Below, piece by piece: positions 1-13,419 of a stretch of 64,000 nucleotides of DNA. Positions within the stretch are counted from its first letter, which is position 1, and each line of letters begins with the position of its first letter. The translations under genes were made by a program, and so were the position numbers. Below the pieces are notes generated by a model. The model was not told the origin of the DNA and made no database searches. It saw only the letters and a list, made by a program, of their open reading frames with translations. The stretch spans positions 248,001-312,000 of the forward strand of contig NW_024055909.1 in assembly GCF_902713615.1 (NCBI RefSeq), given 5' to 3'. The DNA comes from Scyliorhinus canicula (lineage: Eukaryota).

Positions 1-272
1 TCACACTGCATTTACCAATACTATTGTAAGCGCAGTAGCGTTATCCGGCCACTAGGGGGAGTAGCTCTGGCAATGCTCAGGAGTTTGTGCTGAGCTCCAC
101 CCTAGGCTCCGCCCACGACTCCTCCCCCTAGACTGCTGCATAAATAACCGTGTCCAGAGCCAGCCTGAGTTCATCGAGAGTTCAACGGGTATGAGGCTGC
201 CTCTGAAGTAAGTAGATTAAAACCACTGTTCATATCTGAAAGCACGTGTCTCGTGAATGGATGGTTCCATCA
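1..272 (+). repeat. 5' LTR (first ~23 nt lie outside the window)
   Basis: Aligns to 2105-2375 with roughly 17 differences counted by eye (~6%). Ends in CA. Confidence 0.9.
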
Positions 273-305
273 ATTTAATCTACTTAAGAACAGTCAGGAT
301 CGATC

Positions 306-660
306 ATGGAATCAGCTATGAAGCCTGACGCCTAGAACTCGACCCATAGGATGCAGAGGCTAAAGAAATCTTCTCGCACTGGCTGCGGTGCTTTAAGGCC
401 TACCTGGCAGAAGCGAGCTCAGCAGAAACAACAGAGGATCAGATGTTAACTCTACTGCATGCGAGGGGGAGCCACAGAATCTCTACGCATCTAAACTCGG
501 CCGGTTCATATACTGCAGCGATAGCGATACTCGATAAGATGTATGTAAGGCACATTAACAAAGTTTACGCACGCCATGTGTTGACGACTCGCCGCCAGTG
601 GCCTGCAGAATCACTCGCCGAATTTCTAAGAGAGCTCAAAAATTGATCAAATGACTGTAA
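306..660 (+). pseudogene. gag N-terminal remnant
   Basis: ATG at 306. The frame-corrected reading MESAMKPD-LELDP*DAEAKEIFSHWLRCFKAYL... continues into ORF 443-646 (YARHVLTTRRQWPAESLAEFLRELK), a typical Gypsy gag motif. Contains a frameshift and stops. Confidence 0.7.
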
Positions 661-2042
661 CACTACCTCGCAGGTAGGAGGTTCACCCTCATCACCGACC
701 ATCGATCGGTTGCCTTTATGTTTGATAACTCGCAAAGGGGCAAAATAAAAAATGATAAAATTCTTCGGTGGAGGATTGAAATCTCCACCTATAATTACGA
801 TATTAAGTATTGACCCGGGAAGCTCAACGAGCCTCCGGATGCTCTATCCCGTGGGACATGCGCCAGCACGCAGATTGACCAACTGAAAGTCATCCACAAC
901 GACCTCTGCCACCTGGGGGTCACCCGGCTCGCCCACTACATCAGAGCCCGAAACCTGCCTTTCTCCAACGAGCAGGTAAAAGCAGTCACCAGGGACTGCC
1001 CGATCTCTGCGGAGTGCAAACTGCACTTCAATAGACCATACAGGGCCCACCTGGTCAAGGCTTCTAGGCCCTTTGAACGCCTCGCGATTGATTTCAAAGG
1101 GAAACTCCCCTCAACTAACAAGAATGTTTACTTTCTAAACGTTGTAGATGAGTTCTCCCGTTTCCCATTTGCTATTCCGTGTCCCGACATGACCTCCCAC
1201 ACAGTCATTAGGGCCCGACATAGTATCTTCACACTGTTTGGTGTCCACTTCTACGTACACAGCGACCGGGGTTCGTCCTTCATGAGCGACGAGCTGCATC
1301 AGTACCTGCTTGACAAGGGCATTGCCTCGAGCAGGACTACCAGCTACAACCCCAGGGGGAACGGGCAGATGGTGAGGGAGAACACGATGGTCTGGAAGAC
1401 CGTCCTACTGACCCTCCGGTCTCGAAAGCTCCAAGTCTCTCAGTGGCAGGATGTCCTCCCAGACGCGCTCCACGCTATCAGGTCCCTCCTATGCACAGTG
1501 ACCAATCAGACCCCTCATGAGAGGCTCTTCATTTTCTCCAGGGGCACTACCACGGGGGTCTCACTTCCAGCATGGCTGACGACACCGGGCCCGGTACTCC
1601 TGAGGAAACACGTCAGGCACACAGAACCGACCCCCTTGTTGAGAAGCTGCGCCTGCTCCACTCCAACCCGCAGTACGCCTTTGTCGAGTTCCCTGACGGT
1701 CGCCAGGACACAGTATCCCTCCGGGATCTGGCACCCACCGGATCCAGCGCCCACTCTACCCCCACAGAAGGACCCCTCATCCTACACCCCATGCTGCCAC
1801 CCCCACGTGCTCCCGAGCCCACGCGCTCGCTCCACCAGTTCCATGCACCCGCGCCGGCCAGCCCCCAGCGCCCCCGGTCCCCGGTCGAACCAGAAGAGTA
1901 TGAAGCTCCGACACAATCCTCCCTGGAGTCCGCCACTGTACCCCAGCACACAACACCCATCCAGCCACCGCAAGAGGCTGCAACCCCGGCGCTCCGCAGA
2001 TCACAGCAGACAGTTCGACCACCGCACAGACTTACTTTGTAG
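661..2042 (+). pseudogene. pol remnant: RNase H C-terminus plus integrase with Pro-rich tail
   Basis: From 661 the frame reads HYLAGRRFTLITDHRSVAFMFDN...KILRWRIE...PDALSRG (RNase H end). Then HNDLCHLGV...DC (zinc-finger region), PFERLAIDFKG...VVDEFSRFPFA and HSDRGSSFMS...YNPRGNGQMVREN (integrase core). Frameshifted. Confidence 0.88.
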
Positions 2043-2081
2043 ACCATCACCTCCGCCGGACTTGATTTTGCAGGGGGTGAA

Positions 2082-2375
2082 TGTGGTGAATGTCACTTAG
2101 TAATTCACACTGTATTTACCAATACTATTGTTAGCGCAGTAGCGTTATCCGACCACTAGGGGAAGTAGCTCTGGGAATGCTCAGGAGTTTGTACAGGGCT
2201 CCACCCTAGGCTCCGCCAACGACTCCTCCCCCTAGACTGCTGTATAAATAACCGTGTCCAGAGCCAGCCTGAGTTCATCGAGAGTTCAACAGGTAACAGG
2301 CTGGCTCTGAAGTAAGTAGATTAAAACCACTGTTACATCTGAAAGCACGTGTCTCGTGAATTGATGGTTCCATCA
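2082..2375 (+). repeat. 3' LTR (complete, TG...CA, 294 bp)
   Basis: Runs TGTGGTGAATG...GGTTCCATCA, preceded by a polypurine tract. Confidence 0.9.
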
Positions 2376-2899
2376 GGACGCCATGTGGCCTTATCTCCCT
2401 ATTTGTAACGATCATACAGCTTTGACAAAGAGTCTGGTGCAGGATGCCCCAAAAGAGTCTCAGACAGCTGGATTTTATAACTTTCCTTTCCTTCTCTGCC
2501 GCCGGTCTGTCCCTTGATGAAGACTTTAGGGTACGAAGCTTGATGTGGTTTGATGAAGAATTTGCCGTAATGATATCAGCGATCTCCTCCCCGTCATTAA
2601 GGTTCATGTGGCTGCATTTCTAGCAGAGTTTGGCAGTCTCGGCTTTGCCCTCCCTCGGAGGGTGGGCCATTGGAGAGTTGGCAGAACAGACCGTAGCGGG
2701 GGAGAGGCTTTCCGGCCAGATGGACGGAGTTTCCAGTCCATCAAAGTGATTTCTCAGGAGTCTTGGTTAAATGCACTCGATTGAGATTCAAGAAGGAAAC
2801 TCATGAGTGTTCTCACATTGCATATGAGGGTATGATTGAGTCACTGTTAATGGGAAGTCCCTCGCGCTTTTATGTTTCACTGATTCGGAATCACAGAAT

Positions 2900-5710
2900 A
2901 AGAATCACAGAATACTACAGTGCAGAGGAGGCTGTTAGGCCCATCCAGTCTGCACTGACGCATGAAAGGCCCTGACCTGCCTCGCTAATCCCAATTGATT
3001 GCACTTCGCCCACAGGCTTGAATGTTAAGACGTGTCAGTACTCATCCAGGCAGGAAGTGAGGCATCCTACTTCTACCACTCTCCCAGGCAGTGCATTGCA
3101 GACAGCCACTACTCCGCGTAAAAAAGATTGTCCTCAAACCGCCCCCCCTCCCCCCGCCCAAAACCGCTTACCATGACTTTGAACATGTGCCCCTCGTAAC
3201 TGACCACTCAACTAAGGGAAACAGCTGCTCCCTAACCACCCGTCCGTACCCCTCATAATCTGGTGCACCTCAATTGTTCGCCCCTCAGTCTTCTTTGCCC
3301 TTCTGCCCAAAGAGATCTCAGGCCAAACACACCAAGGCTCCTTTGTTCTACAGAACTTCCCAGAGTCAGACATTTAATAGTATACATCCTTGTTAAATTG
3401 CTCCTTCCAAAGAGTATCCCCTCACACTTTTCAGGGTTGAATTCCATTTGCCACTCATCCACCTATTTGATCATCCAGTCGATATCTTCCTGTACCCCAA
3501 AACACTCAACCTCACACATTCCAGATATCAATGGGGTATACGTGTGTTTTAAGAACATAAGAACTAGGAGCAGGAGTAGGCCATCTAGCCCCTCGAGCCA
3601 GCTCCGCCATTCAAAGAGATCATGGCTTATCTTTTGTGGACTCAGCTCCACTTTCCGGCCCGAACACCGTAACCCTTAATCCCTTTATTCTTCAAAAAAC
3701 TATCTATCTTTATCTTATAAACATTTAATGAAGGAGCCTCAACTGCTTCACCGGGCAAGGAATTCCATAGATTCACAACCCTCCAAACTCAGTCCTAAAT
3801 CTACTTCCCCTTATTTTGAGGCTATGCCCCCTAGTTCTGCTTTCACCCATCAGTGGAAACAACCTGCCCGCATTTGTCCTATCTATTCCCTTCAAGATGT
3901 TAAATGTTTCTGTAAGATCTCACCTCTTCCTTCTAAATTCCAACGAGTATAGTCCCAGTCTGCTCAACCTCTCCTCGTAATCCAACCCCTTCAGCTCTGG
4001 GATTAACCTAGTGAATCTCCTCTGCAGACCCTCCAGCGCCAGTACGTTCTTTCTCAGGTAAGGAGACCAAAACTGAACACAATACTCCAGGTGTGGCCTC
4101 GCTAACAGTTTATACAATTGCAGCATAACCTCCCTAGTCTTCAACTCCATCCCTCTAGCAATGAAAGACAAAATTTCATTTGCCATCTTAATCACCTGTT
4201 GCACCTGTAAACGAACGTTTTGCGACTCATGCACCTGCACACCCAAGTCTCTATGCACAGCAGCATGTTTAAATATTTTATCATTTAAATAATAATCCCT
4301 TTTGCTGTTATTCCGACCAAAATGGATAACCTCACATTTGTCAACATCGTATTCCATCTGCCAGACCCTAGCCCATTCTCTTCCCCTATCCAAATCCCTC
4401 TGAAGACTTCCAGTATCCTCTGCACTTTTTGCTTTACCACTCATCTTACTGTCGTCTGCAAACCTGGACACATTGCCCTTGGTCCCCAACTCCAAATCAT
4501 CAATGTAAATTGTGAACAATTGTCGGCCCAACACGGATCCCTGAGGGACACCACTAGCTACTGATTGCCAACCAGAGAAACACCCATTAAACCCCACTCT
4601 TTGCTTTCTATTAATTTACCAATCCTCTATCCATGCTACTATGTTACCCTCAATGCCATGCATCTTTATCTTATGCAGCAACCTTTTGTGTGGCACCTTG
4701 TCAAAGGCTTTCTGGAAATCCAGATATACTACATCCATTGGCTCCCCGTTATCTACCTCACTGGCAATATCCTCAAAACATTCCACCAAATTAGTTTCGC
4801 ACGACCTGCCCTTTAGGAACCCATGCTGCGTGTCCCCAAACAGGGGCTGTTTAGCTCAGGGCTAAATCGCTGCCTTTGAAAGCAAACCAAGCAGGAGTCA
4901 GCACGGTTCAATTCCCGTAACAGCCTCCCTGAACAGGCGCCGGAATGTGGCGCCTAGGGGCATTTCATAGTAACTTCATTGAAGCCTACTCGTGACAATA
5001 AGCGATTTTCATTTTTCATTTCAATGGGACAATTTCCCTCCAGATGCCTCGCCATTTCTTCCTTGATGATTGATACCAGAATCTTCCCTACTACCGAAGT
5101 TAACCTCACTGGCCTATAATTTCCCGCTCTCTGCCTACCTCCTTTTTTAAACAGTGGTGTCACGTCTGCTAATTTCCAATCCACCGGGACCACCCCAGAG
5201 TCTAGTGAATTTTGGTAAATTAGCACCAGTGCATTTGCAAATTCTCTAGCCATCTCTTTTAGCACTCTGGCATGCATTCCATCAGGGCCAGGAGACTTGT
5301 CTACCTTTAGCCCCATTAGGTTGCCCATCACTACCTCCTTAGTGATAACAATCTTCTCAAGGTCCTCACCTGTCATAGCCTCATTTATATCAGTCACTGG
5401 CATGTTATTTGTGTCTTCCACTGTGAAGACCGACCCAAAAACCCTGTTCAGTTCCTCAGCCATTTCCTCATCTCCCATTATTAAATCTCCCTTCTCATCC
5501 TCTAAAGGACTAATATTTACCTTAGCCACTCTTTTTTGTTTTATCTATTTGTAGAAACTTTTACTACCTGTTTTTATATTCTGAGCAGGTTTACACACAT
5601 AATCTATCTTACTCTTCTTTCTATCTTTTTTCTGTTGCCCCTAAAGATTCCCAGTTCTCTCGTCTTCCACAAATCTTTGCCACTTTGTATGTTTTTTGTA
5701 TGAATTTTGT
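2900..5710 (-). mobile_element. CR1 LINE ORF2 (reverse transcriptase) fragments, two adjacent decayed copies
   Basis: ORF 3920-4597 (SGVPQGSVLG, YIDDL, FADDSK, HLEYCVQFWSPY) and ORF 4954-5529 (KSPGPDG, VPVDWKLADVTPLFKKG, NYRPV). CR1 tail (TTCTTATGTTCTT on the minus strand) at ~3551-3563. An older RT piece lies at ~2900-3550. Confidence 0.9.
4843..5023 (+). mobile_element. tRNA-derived SINE inserted into the CR1 copy
   Basis: GGGGCTGTTTAGCTCAG head, GGTTCAATTCC B-box, (TTTCA)n tail. Interrupts the CR1 RT frame. Same family at 12389-12572 and 42883-43058. Confidence 0.85.
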
Positions 5711-5839
5711 CAAATTCTTTCGTATACCAGCACTTTTGATGATTTGGGGAGGCATTTGTATTCAACAATCGCTGTTGTAGTTTGTGGAAGGTTGAACTTG
5801 TGAAACCTATCGGGCATTGGGTCTCTTATCTTCGACAAT

Positions 5840-8800
5840 GGTGACAATGGAGGGTTTAAACTAATGTGGCAGGGGGATGGGATCCAATGTAGGAAGTCGG
5901 AGGGAAGTAAAACGGGGCCAGAATCAGAAAGCAGTCAGGGGGAAAGTGTAAGGCAGAGAAGCCAGAGTCAAAAATCAAAAAGGGTCACAGTACAGCGTAG
6001 AGTGACTGAGGAGAGTTTGAAAAGGGAAGAGGCCAATGCAGGATTGAGGGTGTTGTACATAAATGCATGCAGTACACGGAACAAGGTAAATGAGCTTGTT
6101 GCGCACATTGAAATTGGCCGGTACGATGTTGTGGGCATCACAGAGACGTGGCTGCAAGGGGATCAGGGCTGGGATCTAAATATCCAAGGATATATGTCCT
6201 ATCGAAAGGTCAAGCAGATGGTCAAAGGGGGCGGGGTTGCATTGTTAGTAAGGAATGAAGTTAAATCGACAGCAAGGAGCGATATAGGATCAGAAGGCAT
6301 CTACTCTCTGTGGGTAGAGTTGAGGAATCGCAAAGGTAAAAAGAATTTGATGGGAGTTATGTACAGGCCCCCAAGCAGTAGTCAGGATGTTGGACAGGAA
6401 ATAAATCAGAAGACAGAAAAGGCATGTAAAAAGGCAATATTACAATAATCATGATGGACTTCAATATGCAAGTGGACTGGTAAAATCAGGTTGGCAATGG
6501 TCCCAAGAAATGGAATTTGTGGAATGTCTACGATTGTTTTTTGGAGCAGTTTGTGACAGAGCCAACCCGGGAACAGGCAATTCTGGATTTGTTGATGTGT
6601 AATGAGGCAGACTTGATAAGGGAACTTAAGGTGAAGGAACACTTTGGGAGCAGTGACCACAATATGATGGAATTTACCCTGCAGTTTGACAGGGAGAAGC
6701 TGGAATCAGATGTAACAGTATTACAATTAAATAAGGGTAACTACAAATACATGAGGGTGGAGCTGGCCAGAGTTGATTGGATAAGGAGCCTAACAGGGAA
6801 GACAGTGGAACAGCAATGGCAGGAGTTTTTTTTTGGAGGGGGGGGGGTCCGGGTAATTAGGGAGGCACAACAGAAATTCATCCCAAGGAGGAGGAAACAT
6901 GCGAAGGGGAGAACAAGGCATCCATGGCTGACGAGGGATGTCAGGGACAGTTAATAAAGCTAAGGAAAAAGCATACAAAGTGGCGAGGATTAGTGGGAAA
7001 CCAGAGGATTGGGACACCTTTAAAAGCGAGCAGAGGACAACTAAAAAAGCAATAATGGGGGAGAAGATGAAGTACGAGTGCAAGCTAACTCGTAATATAA
7101 AGGAAGATACGAAGAGATTTTTTCAATATATAAAAGGTAAGAGAGTGGCACAAATAGACATTGGAGCACAAGAAAATGTGGCTGGAGAAGTAATAATAGG
7201 AAGCAAAGAAATGGCAGACGGACTGAATAGTTACTTTGCATGAGTATTCACGATGGTCGACACCAGTGGAATGTCAGAGCTCCAGGAGAACCAGGGGGCA
7301 GAGGTGAGTGCAGTGACCATTACTAAGGAGAAGGTGCTGGGGAAACTGAAAGGTCTGAAAGTGGATTAGTCACCCGGACCGGATGGACTACACCCCCTGG
7401 TACCTAAAAGAGATAGCTGAGGAAACTCTTGGAGGATTTAGTGATGATCCTTCACGAATCGCTGTCGGCAGGCACGGTCCCAGAGGACTGGAAGGTGGCT
7501 AATTTTACACCACTGTTTAAGAAGGGAGGGAGGCAGAAGACGGGAAATTATAGGCCGGTTAGCCTGAATTCGTCATTGGTAATATTTTATCGTCTGTTAT
7601 TAAAGATGAGTTCGCAAAGCACTTCGAAGTGCATGGTAAAACAGGACTGAGTCAGCACAGCTTTGTCAAAGGGAGGCCGTGTCTGACAAATCTGTTAGAG
7701 TTCTTTGAAGTGGCAACAAGCAAGTTAGACAAAGGACAATCAGTGGACTTAATTTTTTTAATTTCCAGAAGGTGCCGCATCGGAGACTGTTAAATAAGGT
7801 AAAAGCCCATGGTGTTTAGGGTAAGTTCCTGACATGGGTAAAGGATTGGCTGACTGGCAGAAGGCAAAGAGTGGGGATAAAGAGGTCTTTTTCAGAATGG
7901 CAGCTGGTGACTAATGGTGTGCCTCAGGGGTCTGCTGGGACCACAACATTTACAATATACATTAACGATCTGGAAGAAGGAACTGGATGCACTGTTGCTT
8001 ATTTGGCAGATGATACAAATATCTGTAGAGAGACAGGTAGTATTGAGGAAGTAACGGGGCTGCAGAAGGACTTGGACAAGCTAGGAGAGGAGGCATTGAA
8101 GTGGCATATGAACTACAATGTGGAAAAGTGTGAGGTTACGCACTTTGAAAGGAGGAATCTGGGCATGGACTATTTTCTAAATGGGGAAATGCTTCGGAAA
8201 GCAGAATCACAAAGAGACTTGGGAGCCCTTGTTCACGATTCTCTTAAGGTTAATCTGCAGGTTCAGTCGGCAGTTAGGAAGGTAAATGCAATGGTAGCAT
8301 TCATGTCAAGAGGGCTAGAATACAAGAGCAGCGATGTGCTTCTGAGGCTGTATAAGGCTCTGGTCAGACCCATTTGGAGTATTGTGAGCAGTTTTGGGCC
8401 CCATATCTAAGGAAGGATCTGCTGGCCTTGGAGAGTGTCCAAAGGAGGTTCACAAGAATGATCCCTGGAATTAAGAACATGTCGTATGAGGAACGTTTGA
8501 GGATTCTGGGTCTGTACTGGTTGGAGTTTAGGTCTAGAAGGGATCTTATTGAAACGTACAAGATACTGCGAGGCCTGGATAGAGTGGACGTGGAGAGGAT
8601 GTTTCCACTTATAGGAAAAACTAGAACCAGAGGACACCATCTCAGATTAAAGGGACGATCCTTTAAAACAGAAAGGAGGAGGAATTTCTTCAGCCAGAGG
8701 GTGGTGAATCTGTGGAACTCTTTGCCGCAGAAGGCTGTGGAGTCCAATTCACTCAGTGTCTTTTAGACAGAGATAGATAAGTTCCTGATTAATAAGGGGA

Positions 8801-8926
8801 TCGGGGTTATGGGGAGAATGCAGGACAATGGGGATGAGAAAAATATCAGCTATGATTGAATGGCGGAGCAGACTCGATGAGCCAAGTAGCCGAATTCTGC
8901 TCCTATGCCTTATGGTCTTATGGTCT
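5840..8926 (+). mobile_element. CR1 LINE, nearly full ORF2 (APE endonuclease + RT), frameshifted
   Basis: YINACSTRNK, GITETWL, GGGVALLV, YRPP, SDHNM (APE domain); VPEDWKVANFTPLFKKG, GVPQGS, YLADDT (RT). Ends in an ATGGTCTT-type tail repeat at ~8910-8926. Confidence 0.93.
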
Positions 8927-11364
8927 TCTGGTATGCCAGTTGTTTGGTGGCACGGTGGCACAATGGGTAGCACTGTTGCCTCACAGCGCAAGGGATCCGG
9001 GTTCGATGGCGCCCTTCTGAACTACAGGGTTTCTGTGATATTCTTCTATGAGTTATTCCAGAGTTACTTCTTCAACGTATATTGGGAATGAAATATTTGA
9101 CTGAGCAGCTGTCGATTTATATAAGAGTTTTATTTTGGTAGCATTTAAGAACAAGATGGGTACACAGAATTTAGTAGTTGAGAGTGGTTTGAAATCCCGT
9201 CCGGATGGGCAGACGATACTGTCGTCACCCACATATTGTAGATGTATGTGTATTGTGGTTACGTTGGCTTTGGCGACCTTGGTTAAAGCGTTTTCCATCT
9301 AGAAAGTAATTAATACAGACTCCACTGGGCTGTTGATCTTTGCTTAGGTGACTATTCACTCTTTTAGTCAGCTCAGTCCAGATTTAGAACAGGCCTCTCT
9401 CGGATCTCTCACTAAAGAACGTCGTAGCCATGAGATCATGAAGCAATTACAAGATTGTGATGAAGTATGTTTCATATACAACCCATTGGAACACAATTCA
9501 CTGAGCCTCGTGATATGTCCATACATCAATAAACACACACAACTAGATCCACAAACTCACAAAGTAAACACAGACGCGCGTACCACTGCTGAAATGTTCT
9601 AGAGCTTACCAGTGCGCCTTTGGTTGTAAATTATTTGGATACGCATGAGAAACAAATTCAACACAAACAATCCGAGAAACAGATCCGTTCTATCCTTGAG
9701 CAATGCGTGAACAAGTATGTCAATCAGTCGGAATATTCTCAAGGATCACAGGAGAGGCTGAACCCGCTTGCCCCGTGTCACAAGTTCTATTTCTGCCATT
9801 CGCACTTCTCATTCTGAACACAATAAATGTTGTCTCGTTTTCTCAGTACCACCTGCTATTGCAATTAAAGTTTGAATGCTAGTCCCTGAATAGGACGGAA
9901 CGGATCACGTGATGCATGGAACCGAAGAGGCTGAAAGGAGTCCCAAGTTTCTTAAATTATGAGCTTAAACAATCGATAGGATGGCCTGAACTCCGTCGTC
10001 GAGTGATGTATAAGGGACCATGGATTTAGGTTTAAAGGTGGCAGGCATAAAGGCAATTCGAGAGAAAACGTATTCAACCAGAAGGTGGTGGGAATCTGTA
10101 ACTCACTGTTTGTAAAGGTCTGAGCGTCAGAATCTCACACAACATTCTCCAAATGGATATGACCCTCAAGCAGTTTAAAGTATAGGGCTACTGAAGAAGT
10201 CCTGGGAAATGCTTTCAGGCTGGATGGCTAATCGCAGGCTTTCGAACATACAATAAACGCATGGTTTGTTGAAAATTTCTGGAATTATTGGAAGTAGATA
10301 CTGGGATGAACAACTGATCAAAACTATTTCCAATATCACATTTATCATACTTCAAAGAATCACAATAGCACTACAAATTAAGCACTACATTGATTTGGAA
10401 ATATTTTGGAATCCCGTTATTTCAGTATTTTTATCAAATGGAGTTATTGGAGAGCGAATCCATCTGCAGCTTGTTCCAAACTCAAACGAACACCGCGAAC
10501 ACCGCCATCCGGTGGAGACTCCATGTAATGTCAAGGAGCTTGTTACATTCCCACCTTCTTACCGTCCATATGTCATCAGGAATAGTCGCCCATCCGTCCA
10601 CCCTTTATTTTCACATAGTTTCACATAATTTTTAGCATTTTCATAAATGATGCCTGCGTATTTACCTCCACTACATTGTTCAAGGTGTGTGTGTGTGTGA
10701 AGAATTTCGTGCTACCATTCCGAAAATCAGCTGCCAAAGTTTCAATGCATCTCCCGAACTTGTACCTCGACAGTTCAATTTTAATAAATTGCGAGCAGTG
10801 TTTAACTGCATTTACAATCTGATGCTTCAATTACCGTATTTGTAAATGGTCACTTTTAATGCTGCTAATTAAACGATCCAATCTGTCAATCTCCATCACT
10901 ACAAAACCTCGAGAGGAAGGGATAACCAGAGAATGACTGATGTCTTTTCCTCCTAAGTCTCTCTTAGACAGCGCGTGGAATAATTTGAACATGTGTTTCT
11001 TTCGTAATTGTGCATTCTACTAATATACTTCCCTTCAATGTTTCAAATCAACCTTAAACATGAACGATAAGTAAAAGTTTTTAATTAATTATCATCACCC
11101 AGAATGGTGTTACAGATCATGACTTTGGGATTCATTTCCGATTATATATCAGGCGATTTAACGAGACGTTGTGGGATCTCCTCCTGGAAAACCTTTCGAG
11201 CTTTGGTGACAGTTCCATTGGTGACCCTTGATATGGATGCCGCACTCCGATAAATAACACACATTAAATTCTTCAATTTCTTCAAACCGATTTGCACAGA
11301 TCGTTGTCAGAAAATTTGGAAATAGTACATTTTCTTCCCACTTCCAGGTGGATAAGTTGCTCAG

Positions 11365-11806
11365 TCTGTGTTTGTGTGCGCGCTTGTGCCTATGTGTGAG
11401 CGTTTGTACGTGCATGTGTTGATGCGTGCATGGGTTTGTGTGTGTGCATGAGTATGTGTGCGTGTGTTTGTGTGTAGATGGGTCTGTGTGCGCGCATGTG
11501 TATGTGTGCGGATGAGCGTGTTTGCGTTTGCGTGAGTGTGTTTGTGCGCATGAGTGTGTGTACGTTTGTTTACATGTGCTTGTGTACGTGCATGTGTGTG
11601 TGTGCATGTGTGCATGTGTGCCTGCGTGCGTGTGTAGGTGGGCGTGCACGTGTGTACACGTTGCGTTTGTGGGCACAAGAGTGTCTGCATGCTTGTGTGT
11701 CTGCGTGTGTGTGGGCGTGAGCGTGCGTGTGTGCGTATGAGTGGATATGTGTAGACATGCGTGTACATGTGTGTCAGCCTGTGCATGCGCGTGCGCGTGT
11801 GTGTAT
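11365..11806. repeat. Degenerate (TG/CA)n-(GC) low-complexity tract
   Basis: About 440 bp of near-continuous alternating purine/pyrimidine. Produces the His/Thr- and Cys/Val-rich spurious ORFs in the track. Confidence 0.95.
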
Positions 11807-13405
11807 CCCCAGAAAGAAGGATATAAATGGCAGGATCCGGGAACCATGGATCACAAGGGAAATTGTAAGTTTAGGCAAAAGGAAAAAGGGAGCATGCCTT
11901 AGGTCTAGGCATCGAAACAACGACGAAGCCCTAGGAGAGTACAGTGAAACTAAGAAGGAACTAAAAACTGGAAATAGGAGGGCTAAAAGGGGCTGCGAAA
12001 TGCCTTCAGCAAACATGGTCAAGAAGAATCCCAATACTTTTAATGCATATATTAGGACCAAGAGAGTAGCAAGAGAATGAGTAGACCCACTCGAGGACAA
12101 TGGAGGGAAGTTATGCGTGGAACCACAGGAAGTGGTGAACTTCTTAATAAGTAATTTGTGTCAGTATTCACCAGGGAGAAGGGCATGGCGGATGTTGAGG
12201 TCAGGGATAGGTGTGTGAACTCTCTTGAGAACGTCAATATATCAAAGGAGGAAGTGTTGAGTATCCTAAATTGCATTAAGGGAGACAAATCCCCACGGCT
12301 GAATGAGAACTATCCCAATATCTGTACCCCGTGTCCAGTGGTGTACTTTAGGGGTCGCCGCTGGGTCCCTTGTTTGTAGTCTCCATTAGGGGCTGTTTAG
12401 CACACCGGGCTGAATCGCTGGCTTTGAAAGCAGACCAAGGCAGGCCAGCAGCATGGTTCGATTCCCATAACAGCCTCCCCGAACAGGCGCAGGTATCTGG
12501 CGCCGGTATCTGGACAGTAACTTCATTGAAGCCTACTCATGACAATAAGCGATTTTCATTTTCATTTCATTTCATTAATGATCTAGCCTGGAATGTCGGT
12601 GTTCTAAGCAGTAAGTTCACAGATGAAACGAAAACTGGTGGTGTGGTAAGTCGTGAATAGGTAAACATTAAAATATCTCATGATGTATACGGGGTGGTTA
12701 GATGGGCTGAATAGTCGCAAATGAAATTTCACCCTGAAAAGTGTGAGGTGATGCATTTCGGAGGATTAACAAAGCATGTGATACGTTTTGAACCATGGAA
12801 CCTTAGGGCGTATAGAGGAGCAGAGGGGCACTGGACTGCACCTCCGTAGATTTCTGAAGGCGGCAGTCAGGAAGATGTGATGGTTAAGAAGACAAATAGG
12901 ATTCTTGCCTTCATTGGCAGATTCATAGCATGTAAGAGCAGTGAGGTTATGATGAAACGGGGAAAAACACTCCTCAGGACACAGTTACAATACGTGCAGT
13001 ACTGGTCACCACACTATAGGAAAAATGTGATTGCACGAGAGAGGGTGCAGAGGAGATTCACCAGGATGTCGCCTAGGCTGGAGCACTTCATCTGTCAAGA
13101 TAGATTGGATAGGCTGATGTTGTTTTCCTTGGAGCAGGGAAAGCGTGATTGAAGTGTACAAAATTATGATAGGAAGAACCTTGTCCCCTTAGAAGAGTGG
13201 TCAGTAACCGGGGCTATAGATGTAAGGTAAGTGGCAGGAGACATAGGAGGGTCTTAGGACAATCTTGTTCACCCAGAGGGTGGTGGGAATCTGGAACTTG
13301 CAGCCTGAAAGGATGGCGGAGGCCGGAACCATCACAATATTTAAACAAATTTAGATGAACCCTTGAAACAACACAGCATACAAGGCTAAGGATCAAGTGC
13401 TGGAA
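11807..13405 (+). mobile_element. Decayed CR1 LINE ORF2 fragments with a SINE insertion at 12389-12572
   Basis: EPWIT, KGDKSPR, QYWSPHYRK, QRRFTRM motifs. The SINE is flanked by CATTA at 12384-12388 and 12573-12577. Confidence 0.8.
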
Positions 13406-13419
13406 AATAGGATTAAAAT

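Larger units (their letters stand above)
1..2375 (+). mobile_element. Ty3/Gypsy LTR retrotransposon, internally deleted and decayed (5' LTR cut by the window edge)
   Basis: Direct repeats at 1-272 and 2105-2375, both ending ...GGTTCCATCA. The 3' copy starts TG at 2082 directly after a purine tract (CAGGGGGTGAA, 2071-2081). Gag-like, RNase H and integrase coding remnants lie between them. Confidence 0.92.

Noticed and set aside
2376-2770. Possible RTE-type LINE C-terminal remnant on the minus strand (WTGNSVHLAGKPLPRYGLFCQLSNG)
   Set aside because: Only a loose resemblance to the RTE motif; too decayed to support.
4843-4925. tRNA gene calls at SINE heads throughout the window
   Set aside because: A/B-box heads continue into SINE cores and repeat tails and do not complete a cloverleaf.
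9053-10635. Short ORFs in non-repetitive sequence (9053-9298 -, 9348-9602 +, 9620-9817 +, 10266-10628 +)
   Set aside because: No recognisable domain, no consistent exon chain, and lengths compatible with chance.
11158-11847. 229-aa His/Thr-rich ORF and overlapping ORFs
   Set aside because: These are translations of the (CA/TG)n tract.
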